From positions 6,138,001-6,202,000 of the forward strand of contig OZ281497.1 in NCBI GenBank assembly GCA_965637545.1: a stretch of 64,000 nucleotides of DNA, in the 5' to 3' direction. The position numbers were made by a program, and so were the translations under genes. Below are positions 58,601 to 64,000 of this stretch, in pieces. Origin of the DNA: Phallusia mammillata (Eukaryota). The notes under the pieces were generated by a model. That model searched no databases, had not been told where the DNA came from, and saw nothing but the letters and a program-made list of their open reading frames with translations. The first letter of the stretch is position 1. Every line of letters starts with the position of its first letter.

Positions 58601-61600
58601 TTGTTTTTAACACTAATTTCAGGGTATACACTTTACAAGATGATTTTAATTGTTTTATATCTTTTATTTCAATATGCTGTCGATGGCACGGGTGCCTACT
58701 TTGTGAACTTGACCCCCCAAATTCAACACCACCGAAGACGCGAGAACAACTCTATGCTGCGACAGTGGAAAAGACAGAATATCTTCAATCGCTTGGCTAC
58801 ACGGTGATTTACACTTGGGAATGCAAATGGAAACTTTTCTTGGCGTCTAACCCTGCTGCAAAGGCCTTTGTAAAGAACCTGCGACTTTCACATCAATACC
58901 AAGGTGAAATGACAGAGCAACAGCTTATCGAAAACATAAAAAATGACAAGATATTTGGCTTAATACAATGTGACATTTCAACTCCGGACCATCTACGTGC
59001 TAAATTTGCACAGTTTCCACCGGTATTTAAAAATATATCGGTTTCAAGAGACGATATTGGGATGTACATGCGTGCATTTGCTGAACAGAACCATCTGCTA
59101 AAGAAACCTAAACGACAATTAATTAGCAGTTTTACAGGAAAACAGCAATTAATCGCATCACCGCTCGCGCGCTACTATCTAAAATTGGGATTGATTATAA
59201 ATGAAATAACACAATTTGTTGAATATAAAGGTCTTGCTTGCTTTAAGGAATTCGGTGATAAACTTGTAGCAGAACGTCGTTTGGGTGATGTTTCCTTAGA
59301 ATTCAAAGCGTTGAGTGATGTCTCAAAATTAAAAATGAACTCGTCCTACGGCCGAACCATTACGAACGTAGCCAAACACCGAAATGTGCAATACGTAGAT
59401 GCCAAGGGTGCAGCCAGACTGATATCCAGCAAACATTTTCAATACTTATTGGACTTGGAAAATGGATTTTATGAAGTCGTAAGTAAAAAGAAAAAATTGG
59501 TTTTCAAATATCCAGCCCAAATCGGTTTCACAGTCTACTCGTACGCCAAAATGCATTTATTATCATTTGTGTATGACTTTCTCGATTACTATATTGACCG
59601 GAAACACTATGAACTTCAACTTTGTGACACTGACAGCATTTACCTATCGTTGAACTTGAATTTGGAGCAGTCAATTCGACCGCATTTGCGTGACGAATAT
59701 TTTCATTCCATAGAAAAATGGTTTCAACGGCCGTTTTGTCCAAAACACTTCAACGATTTTATTTTTGCAAAACGCCGTGGGTTAAAATGGGTTATGCAAT
59801 CTTGTTGTGAACAACAATTTGTTTGGGATAAAAGACGATCAGGGATTTTGAAATGTGAATTTGAAGGTCAAGGCCTTATCGCTCTTTGTTCAAAAACATA
59901 TTACTGTTTTGGCTCGACAAATGACCCCGATAAGATCAGTTGTAAAGGTGTGAATAAACGTCAAAATGACTTACGACGACAAAATTATTTAGATGTATTA
60001 AAAACACAAATGGATTTTACTGTCTGCAATCAAGGTTTTATGCTTAGAAACGGAAAAATGTTTACTTATAACCAATATAAAAAAGGTCTAACCTATTTGT
60101 ATTGCAAACGAAAAATTAAATCAGATGGTATTTCTACTGATCCCCTGGAAATTTAAAGCTACACTTGTAAAGTTTGATGTCGGGGTAATTGTTTTATTCT
60201 TTGTGTTTTCTTTAATGTATGTTTATTTTATGTGTTTGCATTGCCTGGGTTATTTCAATGTACATATGTTTTCTTTTTGCTCGGCTATATAAGTGTGTGT
60301 GATTTTACCTGCATAGCGCCCCGATAAAACTTATTATAACATTTTTTGACTTAGATAATTTTCTTATGGCCATGGCGCGTGACATATCGCTTGACGCATT
60401 TGTAGACTGTTTTTCAAGTAATTACCGTGCAAACGATCGCTTCGTGCAACAACTATTTCAAAAACTGCTTTAATTGTGCTTACCTATGTGTGTGTGTGCG
60501 TGTGACTTGTGTGTGTGAGAGAGAAATAAAAAAGATCGAAACGAAAAAAACAATCTCTGCCGGGATTACGCATTCGAAACGCCGCGCGCGAGCCCGCGAC
60601 GCGCACGAGACGCGCCGCTCATCCGATACGCAATCGAGCGCGACGCGCGTTCGCTCATCCGTGCGATTTACCACAGCTGGTAGACGACGCGTTTTTAACT
60701 CAGCCATAGAAACTCCAAATGTTATCATCAGTTTTCTCGGGGCGCTGTGCGGGTCACAAACGGACCTGCGCGCAAGTCTTTGAAAAAAGACACTTCCTTT
60801 CCACGTAAAAAACGAACAATACCTGTATTATAATTTAACGAGCGCGAGCGCGCTCGCTCATCCGGTGAAACACGACAGCTGACAGTAGAAACGCAGAGTA
60901 AAAAGTCTATGACGTAACTATTGGGGGGGGTTTACTAACTCGGTTGTTTTTTTATGAAAGTCATGACCCACTTTCTTGCAACAAACAAACAAACAAACAA
61001 ATACATCTATTTGACTACGTCAAAAACGTGCGCAATTCCTTTGAAATTCCAGTACGTCAAAAACTTGCGCAAGTCTTACACATCCTTTGAAATTCCAGGT
61101 AATAAACAGGTCTTGCGCAAGTCTTACACAGCCTTTGAAATTCCAAGAAACACCTGCAACGTCACCGGATACTTGCACCAAGGTAAGACTTCCTTCGGAA
61201 GTCAGGAAAAGGCCTCATCTTCAAGAATGGGAAAATACACATCTTCAAGACGTGTTCAAGATGGGGAAGTCGGAAACCAAGACGTGTAGCCAAGACTTCC
61301 TGCCGGAAGTCTTAAGACGTCTTCAAGGTCAAGGTCAAGGTAACCGGATGTCTTGCACGGAACTGGAGAATCTACGGCCCATCTCCCTACTACTAATATC
61401 AGATAACTGACAAGTTCAATATTAACGTTTGTACTTGACTTAGGTTTGACCACTTTGCCTTAAAACAAAATCATGTTTAAACAGTTGTAATGCGTGCTGC
61501 TACTTTGTACCAACCAATTTTACAATAACGTTCTAGGCCAGGTTATATTGGCGCTATAGTTGACTCACTATAGTAGGCATAAAACCAAATAATTTCAAAC

Positions 61601-64000
61601 GTCAACAATAAATACGACTAGAATATTTTTTGGTGCATTGTTCAAGCATATTACCTGTAGTATCACTTACATTAATAGACTGAAGGTTCGAGTTGGTCGT
61701 CATTACCTGTATGGGAACGAGAGCGATCAGACGTTTAATGTGGATTCCGTCAAAGTGCATGAAAACTACAGGTAAAGTAAAAACGCAATTTTATTCTCTA
61801 CTTGTTTAGAATGCAAAACAAATAAACCCGGGCTTCTCACACAAGTCAAAAGAATCTTATTCTAAATCAAACTGTGGTGAGGATTCTTATCCTAAAACAA
61901 CGTATTTTTCACATCACACTAACAAGCTGTAAAGGGTTTAAAAGGGACGCAAATTGTTTGTTTTTGCAAAATACAACTATTATCGAATGTTTAAAAGGTC
62001 TACTCTGTACTTCAAACCTTGTTGTACCAAAAGCGGTGACTATGTTACGTTAAAGTGGGAAAAATATTTCTTTGAATGAGCGTGTGGTAGCTTTGGGCTT
62101 ACAGTAAGTAACGAACAAAAAATATAGTGACCGGCAATAAAATGCTTTAATTTGCCTGATAAAAAGTTGGAAAATACGGTGTTGTTTAAAAGGAGGTATA
62201 GCGCCTTATTTTTTATGTTACAGATAAAAATGTTTTGTTTTTTTCATGGGGTATATTAAGTCTTTGCGATTCTTTCAAAAATGTCTGGGGGCCTCTAAAG
62301 GCCACAACCATCACGTTGAAAAGCCCTTAACTAAACTATCCAATAGGTTTTCAGCATCAATATACCCAGACCCCAAATGGATTACAGCAAAATCACTGGT
62401 ATAAGCACATGCTAATTTGATAGTCTAATTTCGTGTTTTTTTGTCGGTAAAGCAAGAACACTTGATAGCGGTTGGTTAGTTTAACTTCACATAACGCTTC
62501 AAGTTTTGCAAATCGTTTCAGCAACACTGCTGAAGGATTCGACATCGCCCTGTTGTTCTTAAACGGAACAATCAACTTTACGAGAATAGTGAAACCGATT
62601 TGTATCCCGCCTTCATCGCAAGGAAAGTTCGATCTAAAACCTGAAATGAGATGCATCGCCACTGGATGGGGCAGACCTGGTGAGAAATGCTGCATTAAGT
62701 AACATTTTATTCTACATTTTTTTAATTTGTACCAAGTCTGTTTTTAGCCAGCCAAATTCCAGTCACTTTTTCCATATTTAGTTTACAGAAAAACATATGT
62801 GGTCATTTCGATATAAGACCAAAACAATAACCCGATCCGAGTTATTTTTGCTAAGGATAAAGTCAAGGTTACAGCAACCTATCTTGTACAAGGGTAGAAG
62901 AATCCTATAAAGGATTTTAATTATTCAGCTTGGCTCTTATGTAGCACAAAAGTCGGTTTGGATGTAGCAACATACTTTTGAAGACAATTAATAAGTTACT
63001 AAAATAAGTTACACTAGTACTAAACTACTAAACTTACCATGTAAAAAACCGAAGAAAAGATTTAAGATTGCTTTTGCTGTAGTTTTGACATAGAAGCTTA
63101 ATTTGGTTGTTTATTCAGCAAGTGGAGGTTCCTTTCCAACTGAACTTTTTCAAGTTCGTTTGCCGATTGTCGATGCAGATAAATGTAACAACAGTTTTTC
63201 TTGGCCGTTGTTGAACTCCCAAATTTGTGCTGGCGACTACGACAACGGAGGCATTGATACTTGTCAGGTAAATAGTGCAGAATACGTTTTATTTATTTTA
63301 ATAAATAAAGTACAAACCAAAGGTGCACAAACTTGCCTGCAATCGGCATACAAAAAGTCTGAGAGGCTGCTACGCCAGTAATCTATCTTTCCAGTACAAC
63401 AAAATCCATTTAGACCAGTTGTCAAGAAAAGGTGTTTTCTTTAATTTGCTTCGCCAGTATAGATAGTACATTCTTCAAAAACCATTTTCCGATAGCGAAT
63501 GCGACCATAAGGCCACAGGTTGTGCACTCCAGATCTAATCAAACGTCAGCATATGACCCTTATTCCTTAGAACAAAACCTAAAAATAAGTAAGCACAATT
63601 ATAAATTCATGTTCAGGGTGACTCTGGTGGACCACTTATATGTCTGTTTGGCGAAACAGCCTGGTATCAAGTGGGCGTGACCTCGTACGGTTTAGGGTGT
63701 GGTCTTAGTGGATATCCGGGCGTTTACACAAGAGTTTCTTCCTTCTACTACTGGATCATGAACAGTATGAGCTCGTATTTGTTTTATAAAAAATATACCT
63801 GTGATTGTTTTTCTCATTGCTATTGTTTAAAGCACAGTGCAGGAAATTCACTCGATATGGTCGGTGGGATCTATAGGCCTTTTCAAAGTTTTTTGTTTTT
63901 GTTTTATAGATGTAAACTCGACCCTACCTTCAACACCTTCTCCAAGCTCTTCCAAAGTCACACCCACAACAGGTTCCACAGTGGCACCCACAATAGGTTC
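34693..64000 (+). CDS. Multi-module polyprotease: signal peptide + 3 x (CUB-LDLa-trypsin) + S/T-rich region (ovochymase/polyserase-like), 3' incomplete
   Basis: Signal exon 34693-34777. Module 1: CUB 34910-35034, 36051-36128, 36424-36565; LDLa 37062-37172; linker 37806-37867; protease 38185-38342, 38655-38750, 38817-38971, 39086-39222, 39587-39728. Module 2: CUB 40112-40233, 40723-40806, 41216-41339; LDLa 41444-41557; linker 41741-41802; protease 42081-42232, 42308-42546, 42692-42837, 43006-43150; linkers 43387-43407, 43904-43972. Module 3: CUB 44346-44461, 44683-44772, ~44970-45102; LDLa 45364-45474; linker 45640-45701; protease 46018-46175, ~61661-61771, 62522-62679, 63119-63267, 63617-63764. 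S/T exon from 63910. Confidence 0.85.
46258..47321 (+). repeat. Left terminal inverted repeat (1064 bp)
   Basis: Reverse complement of 60360-61394; includes a 32-bp tandem duplication (46364-46427) and a (CA)n tract. Confidence 0.95.
47208..47660 (-). CDS. Adenain-like cysteine maturation protease (150 aa)
   Basis: Catalytic motifs GEHWVA, YFDSYG and [12 protein letters not shown]. Confidence 0.92.
   Translation of the reverse strand: MDTITISTILNGDAQARGIFRGVFAKDQLEDIITESVPCGFVFNTDNSNEEGEHWVAAYFNQDGEGIYFDSYGLMLYPDFYLFMTENAVDRWCYNTVRLQGFHSTVCGHYVILFLMAMARDISLDAFVDCFSSNYRANDRFVQQLFQKLL
47663..49530 (-). pseudogene. Double jelly-roll major capsid protein (~433 aa), split by a MITE
   Basis: Starts [18 protein letters not shown] at 49530. 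Removing 47994-48551 plus one TSD gives 1302 bp in frame (...[31 protein letters not shown]...FDLTPD...[12 protein letters not shown]), which are Maverick MCP motifs. Confidence 0.92.
47994..48551. mobile_element. hAT (Buster-type) MITE, 558 bp, nested in the capsid gene
   Basis: Perfect 14-bp TIR CAGGGGCGGGCAAC; exact 8-bp TSD CTTTAGAG at 47986-47993 and 48552-48559. Confidence 0.95.
49538..49978 (-). CDS. Basic Maverick core-like protein (146 aa)
   Basis: YYMNQAGSG and [23 protein letters not shown] motifs, a K/R-rich C-terminus, and a position between mCP and MCP. Confidence 0.75.
   Translation of the reverse strand: MNFETMPNCPYQSYYMNQAGSGFPVFQGSANQRGHGLGNLLAGLARSVVPLLKSGAKTVGRQLLKSGVNFASDVIDGANPKTAAVQRSKEAGKNVFGIFTQNLRKPRKRTRAKTTASKKNKTDNTPVRRISRQRPAKRTKRDDIFS
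49975..50712 (-). CDS. Minor capsid (penton) protein (~245 aa)
   Basis: [10 protein letters not shown]...FPDNT...[13 protein letters not shown] and C-terminal YVYCDL...VGD...PLL...IDIRD...PFESG...LRP, typical of Maverick mCP. The start may be 50694. Confidence 0.85.
   Translation of the reverse strand: MQHKEAMYLTLPSNSSMDYFPDNTLTRYMTKFPRTFNLNGKWELALDEIYLPKTWQTIQTGAGWVKIKNAKGTNRYSLPGGHYTVNHFLMALRTLLTLTERVVTIGYIATTARVRLVVHSDQLKLSPQLAAIMGFNTGYLSAGTYVAARPLDLQQGKHMLYVYCDLLEERLVGDVYAPLLATIATDGVNYTKTIHRHYQKLRYLKMQRTVFDSLTIDIRDSTGKPVPFESGTVVVNVHLRPIKQT
50666..50902 (-). CDS. Small two-TM membrane protein (78 aa)
   Basis: Two hydrophobic stretches ([19 protein letters not shown] and [15 protein letters not shown]); fills the gap between integrase and mCP. 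Confidence 0.6.
   Translation of the reverse strand: MSKELVKSSQILFFAQIALIYAVVVASIYNITVPNQPEKQLWISLLSSCLGYILPNPKFRFRRNATQRSDVLDTPQQQ
50895..51932 (-). CDS. Retroviral-type (rve) DDE integrase with C-terminal chromodomain (~345 aa)
   Basis: DDE triad in [16 protein letters not shown] and VVERFNRT; chromodomain FRIEKIL...YLVKWSGY...NTWI. First ATG is at 51932 (the track start at 51995 is TTG). Confidence 0.95.
   Translation of the reverse strand: MEQTLQNTYAIPKNPGSLGGLAALQRYSKIKNKSFVKKWLSGNRTYTLHKQARRKFPRRKVIVSGIGSLYQADLIDVGALSVSNDNVKFLLTCIDVFSKFAFVEPIKNKTSKSMIDAFSIILQENKPLYLQTDDGLEFKSKAFQTLLKENGIDFYTTSNQETKASVVERFNRTFKNKIFRFMTLRNTKRYVDALPHLISSYNNTYHRSIGRAPSDVSYANQEQVWQLLYGQPQPIREQKFQPKDTVRVSHYKRIFDKGFRAQWSEEIFRVTKRVPGQPPVYKIEDLRGEILQGTFYESELQKVTPPEFFRIEKILAKKKHKYLVKWSGYSNSFNTWIDASSIKDV
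51934..52515 (-). CDS. Conserved Maverick protein of unknown function (193 aa)
   Basis: LDEEMENIL...[14 protein letters not shown] and IKWN...ETNIVDLV...PRGWQTF...NLPLDLVGN motifs, recalled from Mavericks; lies in the tightly packed gene block. Confidence 0.7.
   Translation of the reverse strand: MSVRKLILMDPRMVSPMDTAPTTKVLSRLDEEMENILKQDSLNDHEKISRYQEVLERYLQYHKKMKQTTIPASISTHSNENGPQETQQTEELVIAATPKTLQKKARVLLDELKRSSHIKWNDRNQLVYKDRVVPETNIVDLVQDVLRKRKNFTPRGWQTFANALKELNLPLDLVGNRERWRFMHSNSPEWKAY
52515..52868 (-). CDS. Small basic protein with an adenovirus pX-like C-terminus (117 aa)
   Basis: [15 protein letters not shown], a Lys-rich middle, and the end [25 protein letters not shown]. Likely ATG at 52868. 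Confidence 0.65.
   Translation of the reverse strand: MPSDLLTRNHAVLQALDKSSPRIKKLILNGADKDLLNCIAECCSNVLKGNVPLTAIEKRKLKPYKNKIRCLASKRTGFAQKKKLINQKGGFLSALLGPLIGTVLPTIIGGVTKLFQK
52906..53511 (-). CDS. A32/FtsK-like DNA packaging ATPase (~201 aa)
   Basis: Walker A GPSQCGKS, Walker B LCVIDD, plus [17 protein letters not shown] and YGYLLID. ATG at 53511 (the track start is TTG). Confidence 0.95.
   Translation of the reverse strand: MQFTHPSSIIVSGPSQCGKSYFTRNVIRHLKEIFCPVPKRVFWFYGEFQNWFRTFPDVVFHEGLSEIKNLTENSLCVIDDLLLETDETVTNLFTKGCHHKNLSVIYLVQNIFHCGREQRTISLNAHYLILFKNPRDKSQINHLARQMYPGNSKVLVESFIDATARAYGYLLIDLKQETDETLRLRTGVFPGDELFVYVPRV
53531..54077 (-). CDS. Spliced accessory ORF of unknown function (161 aa)
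   Basis: Exon 1 is 54023-54077 (ACCATGG context, [18 protein letters not shown]). A 61-bp intron (53962-54022, GTAAGC...TTTTCTTGCAG) joins it in frame to exon 2, 53531-53961. Confidence 0.65.
54078..54475. promoter_or_regulatory. Putative divergent promoter region of the Maverick
   Basis: The ~400-bp gap between the start of the minus-strand structural block and the plus-strand ORF326/pPolB block; called from position only. Confidence 0.45.
54476..55456 (+). CDS. Acidic, S/D-rich, probably disordered protein (326 aa), unknown function
   Basis: Long ATG-initiated ORF upstream of pPolB with many SP/TP sites, RKLCF, and a basic KKFIPKRK patch. Confidence 0.7.
   Translation: MVIMKDQATGEVLLPLTESVSDSRLDASFDSDVTNISDGALLPESDTANISSHISEGCISPVSYDSDDQSLLPESYISRCRMDPFFDRPKGSKEMYFPGNTPKNSPVRFEDLVSDSDDDDFETPSPGFKPFKMNLEAKLKAHVFDNDEQNDFFMVDKPHAARKLCFDAVQEKRDFQKACCSKSFRGKKFIPKRKSPRTRSEHWAIHRETLCQFTRRCNEQQRALDLCNEGYLSGIEILNDSSSALSPAKTKIKRSPVTRLQHAEFRQRQQSSMDGLIYDSADEPSIDFMINSYCAQTQSPNQDDDEDDEQVLNEIGQKIKKTFYNL
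55665..60156 (+). CDS. Protein-primed family B DNA polymerase (pPolB, ~1400 aa), spliced, with N-terminal C2H2 fingers
   Basis: ATG 55665. ExoI FDLESY, Exo[18 protein letters not shown]. Intron 57765-57918 (GTAAGT...TTTAG, phase 0) joins to [22 protein letters not shown] (ExoIII). Polymerase motifs [24 protein letters not shown] and KGV. Vsr-like insertion RVDG...EFHG...WHGC...WECKW. Confidence 0.93.
57795..57837. repeat. Compound microsatellite (TA)n(GA)n(GATA)n in pPolB intron 1
   Basis: TATATATATAGAGAGAGAGAGATAGATAGATAGATAGAT is read directly. Confidence 0.85.
60360..61394 (-). repeat. Right terminal inverted repeat (1035 bp)
   Basis: Reverse complement of 46258-47321; ends CTACTACT immediately before the TSD. 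Confidence 0.95.

Larger units (their letters stand above)
46258..61394. mobile_element. Full-length Maverick/Polinton (polintovirus-like endogenous element), 15,137 bp
   Basis: Ends AGTAGTAGGGAGATGGG...CCCATCTCCCTACTACT; exact 6-bp TSD AATATC at 46252-46257 and 61395-61400; long TIRs; contains pPolB, integrase, ATPase, protease, MCP and mCP. Confidence 0.97.

Overview
This is AT-rich, intron-rich animal genomic DNA. The short introns and CUB/LDLa/trypsin content suggest a compact invertebrate deuterostome such as an ascidian, but that assignment is inference. The window has four parts. (1) 1.2-2.8 kb: a 5-exon DUF4806-like gene disrupted by a hAT MITE. (2) 3.8-30.7 kb: four paralogues of a 9-exon secreted serine protease with a Thr/Ser stalk and a hydrophobic GPI-like tail. 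Three sit in ~6.4-kb tandem units; copies 1 and 2 have lost both catalytic His and Ser, while copies 3 and 4 keep the triad. (3) 34.7 kb to the end: a polyprotease gene with a signal peptide and three CUB-LDLa-trypsin modules; modules 1 and 2 are catalytically dead and module 3 is intact. (4) 46258-61394: a complete 15,137-bp Maverick/Polinton endogenous virus inside an intron of protease module 3. It has ~1.05-kb TIRs, AGTAGT ends and a 6-bp TSD (AATATC). It encodes a spliced pPolB, integrase-chromodomain, packaging ATPase, adenain protease, major and minor capsid proteins and several small or unassigned ORFs. The only unambiguous lesion is a 558-bp Buster-type MITE in the major capsid gene. 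Exon boundaries, alignments and family assignments were made by eye from motifs. No database search was run, so family names need HMM confirmation and some coordinates may be off by a few bases.
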